64,000 nucleotides of DNA, from contig CAXXDV010000001.1 of NCBI GenBank assembly GCA_963674745.2, forward strand, positions 2,208,001 through 2,272,000, in the 5' to 3' direction. Source of the stretch: Desulfosudaceae bacterium. GTDB lineage: Bacteria > Desulfobacterota > Desulfobacteria > Desulfobacterales > Desulfosudaceae. Position 1 is the stretch's first letter; every line of letters begins with the position of its first letter. Positions 18,902 to 30,100 of the stretch are shown here, piece by piece. The translations under genes were made by a program, and so were the position numbers. The notes below the pieces were generated by a model. It was not told where the DNA came from. It did no database searches and saw only the letters and a list, made by a program, of their open reading frames with translations.

Positions 18902-19978
18902 TTATCCGAACCTTACCAGTACCCCCCAGGCCACGAAAAGAAGCACGATATTGGCCGACCAGGCGGCGATAATGGGCGGCAGAACCCCGCTATACCCCAG
19001 AGAAATAGAAAACCCGTAGAGCATCATGTAAGCGAAAGAAATACCGATGCCGTAAGTGATGGTAGCGGCCATTCCGCCCAGGGTCCTGCCGGACGCGCCC
19101 AGCCCGGTGCCCAGCAGGCTCATCAGCAGGCAGATAAAGGGAAAGGCGATTTTGGCGTGCAGGTCCACCTGGAATGAAGCTGTGCTGTAACCTTCTCCGG
19201 CAACCTTTTTGATATGACGAAGCAGCTCGAAGAACCCCATTTCTTCCGCGCTTTTTACCGCCCGGCCCAGGTCTTCCGGGCTGATATCGATTTCAATCGT
19301 CTGGCGCCATTTGGCCGATGCCTGTTGCAGATCACCGTTTTTGTCAAAGCGGTTGTCCATGACACCGGTTAAATGCCATTTTGATTCCGAATAAACCGCC
19401 CTGCGCGCATCGACGCGTCGCACCAGGCGGAAGGTATCGTCAAAAAAATTAAGGGTTACGCCAAAGGCGGAGACCTTTTCCGGATTGTACCAGTTAATAT
19501 GCATGATGACGCGGCTGTCTTTTATCCATATGTCGTTTCGTTTGATTTTGGTCGAAGCCTTGTGCCGGACTTTTTTCAGCCAGATGAAGTTGGCCTGGCT
19601 GATGGTGACCGGGACAACCATCTCCGATAAAATAAACAGCAACAGGCAGAAACCGGCACCGGTTACCATTGCGGGCTTCAGCAGGGCGCCGGCGCCCAGA
19701 CCGCTGCTTTTCAAAGCAATGATTTCATTGTGCCGCTTCATCAGCCCGAAAACGATCAGGGTCGCGATCAGGGCCGCGGCGGGGGTAATCTGGACCACCA
19801 CCAGCGGTATCTTGAGCAGAAAAAAAGTCAGAAATTCAGAAAGGGGCAGGCCGGATTCCAGGACTTTATCAATCTTGCCCAGAAAGTCGATGGCAATATA
19901 GACCACAACGACTACCGTCGCGATAACGGCGAATTGTTTCAGGATTTCTTTGAAAATGTATTTAAACAGTATGGACAT
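18902..19978 (-). CDS. lptG: LPS export ABC transporter permease LptG
   Basis: YjgP/YjgQ signature (NEIIALKSSG), 6 TM, adjacent to lptF. Confidence 0.85.
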   Translation of the reverse strand: MSILFKYIFKEILKQFAVIATVVVVVYIAIDFLGKIDKVLESGLPLSEFLTFFLLKIPLVVVQITPAAALIATLIVFGLMKRHNEIIALKSSGLGAGALLKPAMVTGAGFCLLLFILSEMVVPVTISQANFIWLKKVRHKASTKIKRNDIWIKDSRVIMHINWYNPEKVSAFGVTLNFFDDTFRLVRRVDARRAVYSESKWHLTGVMDNRFDKNGDLQQASAKWRQTIEIDISPEDLGRAVKSAEEMGFFELLRHIKKVAGEGYSTASFQVDLHAKIAFPFICLLMSLLGTGLGASGRTLGGMAATITYGIGISFAYMMLYGFSISLGYSGVLPPIIAAWSANIVLLFVAWGVLVRFG

Positions 19979-20002
19979 TGCCCTAAGAACCCTTTCGGTC
20001 GG

Positions 20003-21151
20003 TTAATGCAGACGTCTGAAGGCACGGTTCAGTTCATCAGAAACGGTACGGTCACTGGCGGAAAGGAACATCAGGTAGACCGCCAGGCCGGTCATAACGA
20101 TATCCGGCATCCACATGCCCAAAGCCGGCGTCAGCGTTCCTTTTTCAGCCAGTATTTCGCCTGCGGACAACAGGAGATAGTATGCCAGAAAACAGATCAG
20201 CGCCAGGCCGACGCCCGATGATTTCCTGCTGGCCCGGGCCTGCAGCCCCAGCGGCACCGCCAGCAGGCCCAGCGCGATACAGGCAAAAGGGATGGAAAAT
20301 TTTCTATAGTATTCCAGTTGGACATCAAAGTAGTCTTTGTGCCGGGGGGCCTCGTTTTTAATAAATTCTCGCAGTTCATTAATGGTCATGGCTCTTTCAT
20401 CTACACGATGGGCCCTTCGTGAGGCCGGCTGCTGCAGGTCGAGGTTGACCGCATACTGTTTAAAACGGACACTCTGGAACGTCTTTTTTTCCGCATTGGC
20501 CTGGTTGATAATGCCGTATGAAAGATTAAGCCGAAAAATTTTGGTGTCCGTATCAAAGAAAAATTTTCCGGAAGGTGCGCAGATGGTTACGGCCTTGCCG
20601 GCGGTCTGTCGATCTTCTATGAAAATGTCGGACAGCGTATTGGTTTTTTTATTCAACTGGCCGATATAGAGCGTAATGTTGTTGAAGCTGTTGATGAATT
20701 CCTGTTCTTTTAAGCCCATGGCGGGACTTGAGGTAATGGTTTGATATGTAAGGGTCTCCATCGCGGTTTTTCCCCTGGGCATGAACCAGACAGACACCAT
20801 GGCCGTCAGCAGAGCTGTTACCAGGCAGAAAAACATGGTGGGATAAAGCAGGCGATAGATACTGATGCCGCTGGATTTTATGGCAGTGATCTCATTGTCG
20901 CCGGAAACCCTCAAGAGGGCCAGCAAAACGGCGATCATGGTGGATATGGGAATGACATATCCGAGAAAATGCGGCATGGAGTAAAGCAGCAACAGCAGGA
21001 CCGGCGTGATAGCGATGTTGTAGTTGACGATGAAATCAATAATATCAAGTAGTTCGTGGGTCATAAAGACGGATGTGAAAAAAATGATACTGGTCGCAAA
21101 ATAGGGTAAAAACTGTCTGAAAATATATCTGTCCAGTGCGGTCGGTTTCAT
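20003..21151 (-). CDS. lptF: LPS export ABC transporter permease LptF
   Basis: DNEITAIKSSGIS, KFSIPFAC..PLG. Confidence 0.85.
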   Translation of the reverse strand: MKPTALDRYIFRQFLPYFATSIIFFTSVFMTHELLDIIDFIVNYNIAITPVLLLLLYSMPHFLGYVIPISTMIAVLLALLRVSGDNEITAIKSSGISIYRLLYPTMFFCLVTALLTAMVSVWFMPRGKTAMETLTYQTITSSPAMGLKEQEFINSFNNITLYIGQLNKKTNTLSDIFIEDRQTAGKAVTICAPSGKFFFDTDTKIFRLNLSYGIINQANAEKKTFQSVRFKQYAVNLDLQQPASRRAHRVDERAMTINELREFIKNEAPRHKDYFDVQLEYYRKFSIPFACIALGLLAVPLGLQARASRKSSGVGLALICFLAYYLLLSAGEILAEKGTLTPALGMWMPDIVMTGLAVYLMFLSASDRTVSDELNRAFRRLH

Positions 21152-21163
21152 GTGAGATCCGGA

Positions 21164-22309
21164 TTAAAGCGTTTTGCCTTTGGCGCTTCTGGTAAAAATA
21201 GCAAAAAGAGCGGTTCCGAACAACATTATAATCCCGGCCAGAGGAAACGCCTGCCGGAGAGAAAGAAAATCCATGGCCAGGCCCGCGACCGAAGCGCCGA
21301 AAAACATACCCATACTGTGGGCCATGGTCAGCATGGACATGATCGTGCCCATGGCTTTAGCATCATCCCCCTTGATGACGGCCATGGCCATGAGTGGCGG
21401 CATGGCAATGCCGCCGCCGATACCGAAAGCCACACTGGCGGAAAACAGTGCCCAGAAGCTTTCCGCCCAGTGAAAGGAGAAAATGGCGGCGGTGACGATA
21501 ACGCCACCGATGATCGCCATTCTTTTCTTGTTTGACCTGTCGGCCAGCATGCCCATGGGGACCTGCAAAACGCCGCTGATAAAAATACCCAGCATCACCA
21601 GAATTCCCGTCCGGGTGCTGGACAGGCCGCTATCTGTTGCCAGTACGGGCAGGAAACACCAGAGGGTACCGATACAGAAAACATAAACAAACCGAAGAAT
21701 CAGAAGGCCTGACAAAAACCGGTCTTTTAACAGCTCCGACCAGGGAATCCGGATGACGGCACGGCCGACAGCCGCCTCTTCTTTTATGGGCGGCAGGCAG
21801 AAAAAGCTGAGCAGAAAACCGGTAAACGACAGAATGCCCATAACGATGAAGGCCGCGTCTATACCACAGGAATCGTTTAGAAAGCCGCCCATGATAGGGC
21901 CGATGCTGAGACTGCCGAAAACCGACAGGTTGAACAGCCCCATGGTAAAGCCTTCACTGTCTTTGGGCGTTATCTCACCGATATAGGCCTGGGCGACCGG
22001 CATGATCATGGCCGAGGCGATCCCCTGAAAAAACCGGGCCGTAATAAGCCCCGAGATGGTATCGGAAAAAATAAAGGCAATGGAGACAATGGCGTACCCC
22101 AGAAGGCCGGCTGTAATATAGGGTTTTCTACCGGTTTTGTCGGAAAGAGACCCGAATACCGGCAGCAAAACGGTTCTGGATAGAGAAAATACGGAAAAGA
22201 CGAAACCGATATAAAGGCCGCTGGCCCCGAGGCTCTCGGCGTATACCGGAAGCAGGGGGACGACGATGCCCACTCCCATTACAGCGCTGAAAATGGAAAA
22301 AAAGAGCAC
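21164..22309 (-). CDS. MFS transporter (true start may be slightly upstream)
   Basis: GSLSDKTGRK motif A; many TM segments. Confidence 0.9.
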   Translation of the reverse strand: MLFFSIFSAVMGVGIVVPLLPVYAESLGASGLYIGFVFSVFSLSRTVLLPVFGSLSDKTGRKPYITAGLLGYAIVSIAFIFSDTISGLITARFFQGIASAMIMPVAQAYIGEITPKDSEGFTMGLFNLSVFGSLSIGPIMGGFLNDSCGIDAAFIVMGILSFTGFLLSFFCLPPIKEEAAVGRAVIRIPWSELLKDRFLSGLLILRFVYVFCIGTLWCFLPVLATDSGLSSTRTGILVMLGIFISGVLQVPMGMLADRSNKKRMAIIGGVIVTAAIFSFHWAESFWALFSASVAFGIGGGIAMPPLMAMAVIKGDDAKAMGTIMSMLTMAHSMGMFFGASVAGLAMDFLSLRQAFPLAGIIMLFGTALFAIFTRSAKGKTL

Positions 22310-22344
22310 TGAAAATATTTTTTTATCCAGCTGTTTAATGTGTA

Positions 22345-22722
22345 TTATTCCTTAACGGCGATGCATTCTATTTCCACCAGCGCGCCGAGGGGCAGGGCCG
22401 CTACCTGAACGGTAGACCTTGCGGGTTTGTGCGGGTCAAGAAAGTCGGCATAAATTTGGTTGAAAACACCAAAATCATTTATATCAGTCAGAAAAACCGT
22501 GGTTTTAACGATGTCCTCAAGCCTGAACCCGGCAGCTTCCAGAACGGCCGCCATGTTGCTCAGCAATTGGCGGGTCTGGCGTTGTAAGTCGTCTCCGGCC
22601 AGTTTTCCGGTTTCCGGAATAAGCCCGATTTGACCGGAACAGTACAGGGTATCCCCGGTTTTTATCGCCTGTGAATACGGGCCGACGGCAGCCGGCGCTT
22701 TATCGGTTGAGATGGGTTCCAT
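22345..22722 (-). CDS. RidA family enamine deaminase
   Basis: APAAVGPYSQA, SGQI, PARS, VEIE. Confidence 0.92.
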   Translation of the reverse strand: MEPISTDKAPAAVGPYSQAIKTGDTLYCSGQIGLIPETGKLAGDDLQRQTRQLLSNMAAVLEAAGFRLEDIVKTTVFLTDINDFGVFNQIYADFLDPHKPARSTVQVAALPLGALVEIECIAVKE

Positions 22723-22726
22723 ATGG

Positions 22727-24077
22727 CTATACGTTTTTGTGCTTTTCAACCACGTTTTCCACCAGTGACCGGATTTGGGCCAGCCGCGCTTCGGTCATGG
22801 CTTCAAATCGTAACACCAGGGCGGGCTGCGTGTTTGAAGCACGCACCAACCCCCACCCGTCATCGAAAAGGACCCTGACGCCGTCAATGTCAACGACATT
22901 GTATTCTTTTTTAAAATAAGCGGTTACCCGGGCCACCAGGTCGAATTTTTCTTCGTCCGGGCATTCTACCCGAATTTCCGGCGTGGTAAAGGTTTGGGGA
23001 ATATCGGTCAGCAGGCCGGATAATGATTTGCCCGATGCGGCCATCAGTTCCAGCAGCCGGCAGGAGGCATAAACAGCGTCGTCATATCCCAGATAGCGGT
23101 CGGCAAAGAATATATGCCCGCTCATTTCACCGGCCAGGGCCGCATTTTCCTGTTTCATTTTGGTTTTGATCAACGAATGGCCGGTTTTCCACATGATGGC
23201 CCTGCCGCCGTGTTTTTCAATGTCGTCATACATTACTTTGGAACATTTGACCTCTGATATAAATGTTGCCCCGGGTTTGCGGGTCAGAATTTCCCGGGCG
23301 AACAGGATGATGAGCTTGTCGCCGTAGACAATTTTGCCGGTTTCGTCCACCACGCCGATGCGATCACCGTCGCCATCATATCCGATGCCGAGATCAAGCC
23401 CCTTTTCCCTAACCAGGGCGATCAGGTCGGTCATGTTGTCCAGGACGGTGGGGTCGGCTTCGTGGTTGGGAAAACGACCATCCATGTCACAAAACAGGTC
23501 GTGAACCTCGCATCCCAGATTCCGTAAAATGGGGACGGCCACCACCCCGGCGGTCCCCGTTGCCGGCATCAACGCCCACCTTTAAGGATCCGGCCAGGGA
23601 AATATTGCTTTCAACAAAGGCTTTGTAAGGCGTTACGGCGTCCGCCTGTGACAGCTCCCCCTGACCTTCCCGGAAAGCCTGGCTGGTAATGATGTCCCGT
23701 ATTTTCAGGATTTCTTTTCCAAAAATCGAGTCCATATCCAGGCAGAGTTTAAAACCGTTGTATTCCGGCGGGTTGTGGCTGGCGGTAACCATAACGCCGC
23801 CGCCGGTTGATAAATGGTTGATGGCAAAGTAAAAAACCGGTGTCGGGCAGACGCCGATATCTACCACATCGCATCCGGAATCAAGCAGGCCCTGGATGAC
23901 TTGCTGAGAATAAGTGGTTGACGTCAGTCGACAATCCCGGCCCACCGCCGCAAAAGAACGGCCATGGTCCTGCAGGTAAGTGCCGATGGCTTTGCCCAGC
24001 AGCAGGACCTCGGCTTCATTAAAGTCTTCGCCCGCAACACCCCTGATATCATATTCCCTGAAAATTTTGGGATCCAT
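22727..24077 (-). CDS. Phosphomannomutase/phosphoglucomutase (AlgC-like), split by an extra G at 23555-23558
   Basis: FREYDIRG, TASHNP, DGDGDR, GEMSGH; removing one G restores DAGNGTAG. Confidence 0.88.
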
Positions 24078-24253
24078 CTTGTTCTCTCCTTGTGATCATT
24101 TACCAAAGATTATCCTGTTCCGGTGTAAAATGCAAGATGAGCCAAGCCGTTTGTATTGTTCTTGAAACATATGCGTTTTCTGTGATAAATATTGGTTAGG
24201 CTTAAATGACCGGCAGGAAAATGAATCAACTCTGATAATCATGGGCAATCGCT

Positions 24254-26074
24254 ATGTCTGAAGACCTTCAAAAACTGTTTTCAACCAAAAAAGTCTGTCA
24301 GCTTTTGATTAAAAAAAGCGTTATCACCAGGAAAACCGCCGAAGAAATTCTTAAAAACCAGGGCGATTACCGGGAGATGCTGGAAAAAAGAAGAAGCGCC
24401 CGCGCGACATCGGCACCCCCGGGAATACGGATCAACAATCCGGTAACCATAGTGGACATTATTGTCGCCATGAATCTGCCGAGGAGTGACCGGAATATCG
24501 GTCAGGTTGACGAGGAACTGATCTTTCAGCTTCTGGCCACCGAATGGGACATCCCTTTCAAGAAGATCGATCCGGTCAAGCTTGATATGGAACTGGTTAC
24601 CAATACGATCCCCCGCTCATTTGCCATGAATTATCTGGCGGTGCCGATTGATATTGAAAAGGACTGCCTGATTGTCGCCACCCCCAACCCGTTTAACCTG
24701 GAGGTGTTTAATGATATTGCCCGGGCGGTAAAACGAAAAGTCGTTCCGGTGGTCAGCACCAAGACCGATATTATCCGGACCATAAATGAATTTTTCGGGT
24801 TTAAAAAATCCATTGCCGCGGCCGCGGTCCAGTTTGAAGCCCCGGTAGTGGACCTGGGGAACCTGGAACAGTTTGTCAGCATGGCCGGTGATGATGAGCT
24901 GCCTTCCAATGACAGCCATATCGTCAATGCCGTAAACCATCTGTTCGCGTATGCTTTTGATCAGCGGGCCAGTGATATTCATATTGAGCCGAAACGGGAG
25001 ATCACCGAGATTCGTATGCGCATCGACGGTGTGCTTCATTCGGTTTACAAGATTCCCAAAAAAGTGCATTACGCCATTACCAGCCGGATTAAGAACATGG
25101 CCAGGATGGACATGGCGGAGAAAAGAAAACCCCAGGATGGCCGTATCAAGATAGAGCGTGGAAAAACCGAAGCTGAAATCCGTGTTTCGACGGTACCGGT
25201 TGCCTTTGGTGAAAAATGCGTCATGCGTGTCATGGATCCGGATATTCTGTTGCAGGATGTGGAAGGGCTGGGTTTTGCCAAAGACGAACTGTCCGCCTAT
25301 CAGCAGATTATTAATAAACCCAACGGTGTGTTGCTGGTCTGCGGTCCCACGGGCAGCGGCAAATCGACGACCCTGTATTCCACACTGCGATATCTGGCCA
25401 CCCCCGACGTCAATATCGTGACAGTCGAAGACCCGGTAGAAATGATACACGAACAGTTCAATCAGATATCGGTTCAGCCTGCCGCGGGCGTTACTTTCGG
25501 TTCTATTCTGCGGCATATTTTACGTCAGGACCCGGACATTATCATGATCGGTGAAATGCGGGACCTGGAAACAGCCCAAAATGCAATCCAGGCTTCTCTG
25601 ACCGGACATTTTGTCATGAGCACACTGCATACCAATGATGCACCGTCGGCCATTGTTCGGCTGCTGGACATGGGGGTTCAGCATTTTCTGATTCAGGCGG
25701 CCCTGGCCGGTGTCATGGCCCAGCGGCTGGTCAGAAGGGTGTGTGATAACTGTCGGGAGACGTTTGAAATCGATGCCGGTGAACTTGAAGCCATGGGCAT
25801 TCAGACCGGAAAGGCGGGTCCGGTCAGGCTTTATCAGGGAAAGGGCTGTACCAAATGCCGCTACACCGGCTATCGCGGCAGAATCGGCGTTTTTGAATTA
25901 ATGCCGTATACCGATGCCCTCCGGAAAGCCACGACCCTTCGTGCCGACTTACATAAGATAAGGCAGATCAGCAGGGACGAGGGGATGCATACCCTGCGGG
26001 AAGACGCCATCAGAAAGATGCTCAACGGTGATACCACCTACCAGGAGGTGCTTCGGGTGACCTGGGACTATTAA
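24254..26074 (+). CDS. GspE/PilB family secretion/pilus ATPase
   Basis: ASDIHIEP, PQDGR, GPTGSGKST, LRQDPD, TGH..STLH, CxxC pairs. Confidence 0.92.
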   Translation: MSEDLQKLFSTKKVCQLLIKKSVITRKTAEEILKNQGDYREMLEKRRSARATSAPPGIRINNPVTIVDIIVAMNLPRSDRNIGQVDEELIFQLLATEWDIPFKKIDPVKLDMELVTNTIPRSFAMNYLAVPIDIEKDCLIVATPNPFNLEVFNDIARAVKRKVVPVVSTKTDIIRTINEFFGFKKSIAAAAVQFEAPVVDLGNLEQFVSMAGDDELPSNDSHIVNAVNHLFAYAFDQRASDIHIEPKREITEIRMRIDGVLHSVYKIPKKVHYAITSRIKNMARMDMAEKRKPQDGRIKIERGKTEAEIRVSTVPVAFGEKCVMRVMDPDILLQDVEGLGFAKDELSAYQQIINKPNGVLLVCGPTGSGKSTTLYSTLRYLATPDVNIVTVEDPVEMIHEQFNQISVQPAAGVTFGSILRHILRQDPDIIMIGEMRDLETAQNAIQASLTGHFVMSTLHTNDAPSAIVRLLDMGVQHFLIQAALAGVMAQRLVRRVCDNCRETFEIDAGELEAMGIQTGKAGPVRLYQGKGCTKCRYTGYRGRIGVFELMPYTDALRKATTLRADLHKIRQISRDEGMHTLREDAIRKMLNGDTTYQEVLRVTWDY

Positions 26075-26084
26075 GCGTTTTGGT

Positions 26085-27194
26085 TTACAGCACGCTTCTA
26101 AATAAAGCACCCTTGCGGATAGGTTCCGTTGACTTGGTTACGATGGCGGTCGAAGTCGTATTTTCTGTGACCAGGACCAGCAATTTTCCATAAACACTTT
26201 CGGCGAGATTGATTTTCTGTTTATTTCTTTCGTATGAATCCTGGTGATACACCTCATAACGTTGTCCGATTTTTACACCGTCTTTTTTTCCTTTATTGAG
26301 AAAAACAATCGTGTAGTCACTGGACATTTTAATATGATCTTGCGCCAGCAGTACTTTCCCGGATAACCCTTCCGGTGAGGGGACAATCGGAATTTCCTTG
26401 CTGCGTTTCTCCTGGGGCATTACAAGACATTCGGAACTGATGGTGTCAAGCGCTTTGGTTATTTTTGCCATCACATACTGCGGCTCAACAGAGGTAACTT
26501 CGGCAGTCGCAATGATCCGATACTGATATCCCACATATTCGTCCGTGTCGGGGTCTTTAATTTTTATCAGGGGTTTATATACGCTGAACAGCTCTCCGAT
26601 GACATAATCGCCGGTAATGGACTTGATATAAATCGTATCGTTTTGGCTTATCATGGTTTTTTTGGACCCCACGGCTTTGATAATAGTCCCTGCGGCCAGA
26701 GGGTCGTTAAGGACTTTTTTGATCATGCCTGTGGGGGGCGGGAGCTTTTTGATAAAATCAATGAAGGCGATTCCCGGATACAGAAAATAAACCGGTTTGG
26801 TAAGCGATGCCGAACCGATGTCTCCGGCGGTGGCAACAACCGGGGGGCCTTCAGGTCTTGAGCTTTCAGGCTCGAGCCCTTCGGCTTCATCTCCTTCAGG
26901 GCCGACGATGGCCTCTGTGCGTTGATGCAGCCGGATTTTCTGTCCCGGGCGTAACTCATGTGGGTTGGTGAGTTGTTCATTCTGCCCCCACATGGCCGGC
27001 CATTCCCATTCCGAGCCATAAAATTTTTTGGATAAGCCCCACAGGGTGTCCCCTTTTTGTACGGTATAGTAAAACCCCGGGGCGTATTCATTGTCATTTT
27101 GCTGGCTTCCTTCGGCAAAGGCCATGGAAGATATTAAGAAACAGACGGTCATTACGAAAACAATGGAGGGGATGATTGTTTTTTTGCCTGCCAT
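26085..27194 (-). CDS. LysM-domain exported protein (TsaP-like)
   Basis: Signal peptide; YTVQKGDTLWGLS..NPHELRPGQ. Confidence 0.85.
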   Translation of the reverse strand: MAGKKTIIPSIVFVMTVCFLISSMAFAEGSQQNDNEYAPGFYYTVQKGDTLWGLSKKFYGSEWEWPAMWGQNEQLTNPHELRPGQKIRLHQRTEAIVGPEGDEAEGLEPESSRPEGPPVVATAGDIGSASLTKPVYFLYPGIAFIDFIKKLPPPTGMIKKVLNDPLAAGTIIKAVGSKKTMISQNDTIYIKSITGDYVIGELFSVYKPLIKIKDPDTDEYVGYQYRIIATAEVTSVEPQYVMAKITKALDTISSECLVMPQEKRSKEIPIVPSPEGLSGKVLLAQDHIKMSSDYTIVFLNKGKKDGVKIGQRYEVYHQDSYERNKQKINLAESVYGKLLVLVTENTTSTAIVTKSTEPIRKGALFRSVL

Positions 27195-27310
27195 AGCTCA
27201 CCTATTGCGTTTGGATTTGTTTTTTTGTATGAATCCCGAATGACTAACTTTATCGTCGACGAAATGTTTTTGTCAAGGACTTTAGTGTTTCAAAGGATTT
27301 AAAGCCCATA

Positions 27311-29035
27311 CTAATCCACCATGCTGGCGGCATCTCCTCCGGGAAGCCCCAGTTCCCAGGCGCGCAGTACGCGACGAAGCAGTTTGCCGCTACGGGTTCG
27401 GGGGAGATTGTCAATAAACGTAATTTCATCAATGCTGATGTCCGGCGCGATGGCCGCTTTTACGAACATTTTGATTTCGTGGTTCAGCCGACGGGAGGCG
27501 GGATAATCTTTTTTGATGATTACAAAGGCTTTTAACACCGAGGTGCCGGTTTCACGGTCTTTCCCCTTGGCGATAATCGCCGCCTCAACAACCGCCGGAT
27601 GCTGGCAGAGGACCTGCTCAATCTCAAACGGACCGACAGATCTGTTTTCACCGGTTTTAAGAATATCGTCGAGCCGACCCTGGTGATAAAAATAGCCTTC
27701 TTCGTCTTTTAAGGCGATATCACCGGTCAGAAACCAGCCGTTGATAAAATAGTCCTCAAAGCGTTGCCGGTCCTGCCACAACCCCTTCATCATACCGGGC
27801 CACCCGGTTTTCAGGGCCAGTTGCCCCAGGGAAAGAGAAGGCAGCTCCTCACCGTTGTCATCAAGCACGGTGGCAATGACACCCGGCAGCGGTTTGCCTA
27901 TGGCGCCGGGCTTGATGTCCAGGGCAGGTAGATTGGCCAGGCAGATAATGCCGGTTTCCGACATCCACCAGGTGTCATGAGGGCTGTTGCCGAGATGCTT
28001 TTTTACCCAGTAGAACAGATCCGGCATCAACGGTGAACCCACCGTGGCGATATGACACAGCGTGTCCAGATGATAACGTGCGGGCAGATCGTCTCCGGCC
28101 TCAATCAGTGTCCGGATGGTGTGCGGGGTTGTGTACCAGATCGATACCCGGTTTGTCTCCAGCGTGCGGTAACAGTTTGCCGCCGTAAAGGGCGTTTCGG
28201 AAACAACCGAGGTGACGCCGCACAACCAGGGCGCAAAGGCACCGTAAACCGTGCCGGTGACCCAGGCCGGGTCGGCATCCGTCCAGAGCACATCATCGTC
28301 AGACAGGTCCAGTGCCCACCTGGCCGAGGCGTACATACCGATCATGTCACCGTGACTGTGAATGATGCCTTTGGGCGGGCGGGTAGAGCCGGAGGTATAG
28401 ATAATGTACAGCGGCGTTTCCATGGGTACTTGCCGGGGCGCGGTGTCGACCGGCAGCGCATCCGGTTTGTCTTCGATAATAATTTCATTGCTGTGAGAGC
28501 CGGAACCGGCCGTTGTCAGAAAAACGGCGCCAATGGCAGTCGCGCTTTCCGATGGAATGGTTTCGACCAGATCCGGATTGGTCAGGATGCCCTTTGGGGA
28601 GATGTCGGCCAGACGGGTTTCCAGTTCATTATATCCGGAACTGGCGAACATCGGGCAGAAAATAATGCCGGCCCGGGCACAGGCGGCCATGGCAAAGAAG
28701 AACTCTCTGCAGGGCGGCAGAAAAATCATCAGGCGGTCGCCGACCGCAAAGCCGTTTCGGGTAAAAAAGGCCGCCCATTGAGCTGATTTGTTTCGCAGCT
28801 GCCGGTAAGAGAAGATGCTTACCTGTCCATTTTTTTCAAAGATCAGGGCCGGGTGATCGCATTTATCCGGGTGGTCTGCCCACTTGTCGATGGATTCAGC
28901 GATGATGTTGGTCGGAGATGCCGGGTTTAAGCCCAACTCGTTTTCAATGTCGGTCCAGTTAAATGATTGGCACACCTGTTCGTAATTGTTCAGGTTGGCG
29001 TTGGGGTTCTGGGCCGGTACCCGGGCTTTGATCAT
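27311..29035 (-). CDS. Acetyl/acyl-CoA synthetase-like AMP-binding enzyme
   Basis: YTSGSTRPPKG, DTWWMSETG, TGD, LPRTRSGK. Confidence 0.88.
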   Translation of the reverse strand: MIKARVPAQNPNANLNNYEQVCQSFNWTDIENELGLNPASPTNIIAESIDKWADHPDKCDHPALIFEKNGQVSIFSYRQLRNKSAQWAAFFTRNGFAVGDRLMIFLPPCREFFFAMAACARAGIIFCPMFASSGYNELETRLADISPKGILTNPDLVETIPSESATAIGAVFLTTAGSGSHSNEIIIEDKPDALPVDTAPRQVPMETPLYIIYTSGSTRPPKGIIHSHGDMIGMYASARWALDLSDDDVLWTDADPAWVTGTVYGAFAPWLCGVTSVVSETPFTAANCYRTLETNRVSIWYTTPHTIRTLIEAGDDLPARYHLDTLCHIATVGSPLMPDLFYWVKKHLGNSPHDTWWMSETGIICLANLPALDIKPGAIGKPLPGVIATVLDDNGEELPSLSLGQLALKTGWPGMMKGLWQDRQRFEDYFINGWFLTGDIALKDEEGYFYHQGRLDDILKTGENRSVGPFEIEQVLCQHPAVVEAAIIAKGKDRETGTSVLKAFVIIKKDYPASRRLNHEIKMFVKAAIAPDISIDEITFIDNLPRTRSGKLLRRVLRAWELGLPGGDAASMVD

Positions 29036-30072
29036 GACAGGACTCCATATGGCTGATGCGTTGCGAACAGTTGCGCGACCAGATCGTTAACCGGTTCTGT
29101 GCCTGACGGAATCATATCTTCAACCCCGAATGGCGTCTCGGACGTCAGGGCTTCGAGTACGGCTTTGACCGAAGCGGCGTTGGCTCCGGGGTCATATCCG
29201 CCTTCCAGAGACAATAATATAGGAATGTTGCCGACGTTTTCGGCCAGCCGCCTGATCAGGGCGGTTAACATAAAATAAGTTCTTTCCGTCCAGACCGATC
29301 GGCCCAGGGGATCGTCCCTGTGGGCGTCAAAGCCTGCCGCGATCAGTATCAGGGAAGGGTTGTAATTGGTAAACAGCGGTGTCAGGACAGTCTGATACAG
29401 GCAGGCCACATCCTCGTCGACCAGTTTTCTGGGCAGGGGAATATTTATTGTAAATCCCTGTCCCTTACCTTCTCCAACGTCCGTGAAATCTCCGGAATAG
29501 GGAAACAGCATCAGGTCATGGGATGATAGATACAACACGTTGTCTTCCTGATAAAAGACATCATTCAAACCGTTGCCGTGATGAACGTCCCAGTCGATGA
29601 TCAGTATCCTTTCCGTCGCGTAATGTGCTTGGGCGTAACGGGCGGCAATGGCCAGGTTGTTGAACAGGCAGAAGCCGGTTGTGCGGTCAGGAAGGGCGTG
29701 ATGACCCGGTGGCCGGACCAGGGCGAAAAACGCCTGGCAGGTGCCCTGCATCAGATAGTCGATTCCCTGCATGCAGGCGCCGGCCGCCAGCCAGGCCGCC
29801 AGATAGGACTGACTGCTGACCGGCGTGTCCGGTGCCAGGCTGGTGAGTTTCTGCTCAGCGGTTTTGAGGATTTTTTTTACGTGGCCGGGCGAGTGAACCA
29901 GCTCAAGCTGGTCTAAAGCGGCCGGCTCCGGGGTTACCGCCAACAACGTTCCATCGAAAGAACGGTCGAGCATTCTGTAAATCGAGCTCAGCCGGGCCGG
30001 ACTTTCCGGATGGGCATGACCGGTTTTATGGTTTAAAAAACGGTCGTCCCTGGTCACGGCGATACGACGCAT
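29032..30072 (-). CDS. Zn-dependent histone-deacetylase-family protein
   Basis: HPESPARL, RPPGHHA, GFC, DWDVHHGNG, GFDAH, EGGY. Confidence 0.93.
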   Translation of the reverse strand: MRRIAVTRDDRFLNHKTGHAHPESPARLSSIYRMLDRSFDGTLLAVTPEPAALDQLELVHSPGHVKKILKTAEQKLTSLAPDTPVSSQSYLAAWLAAGACMQGIDYLMQGTCQAFFALVRPPGHHALPDRTTGFCLFNNLAIAARYAQAHYATERILIIDWDVHHGNGLNDVFYQEDNVLYLSSHDLMLFPYSGDFTDVGEGKGQGFTINIPLPRKLVDEDVACLYQTVLTPLFTNYNPSLILIAAGFDAHRDDPLGRSVWTERTYFMLTALIRRLAENVGNIPILLSLEGGYDPGANAASVKAVLEALTSETPFGVEDMIPSGTEPVNDLVAQLFATHQPYGVLS

Positions 30073-30100
30073 ATCTGAATATCCTTGCCACAAACGCCGG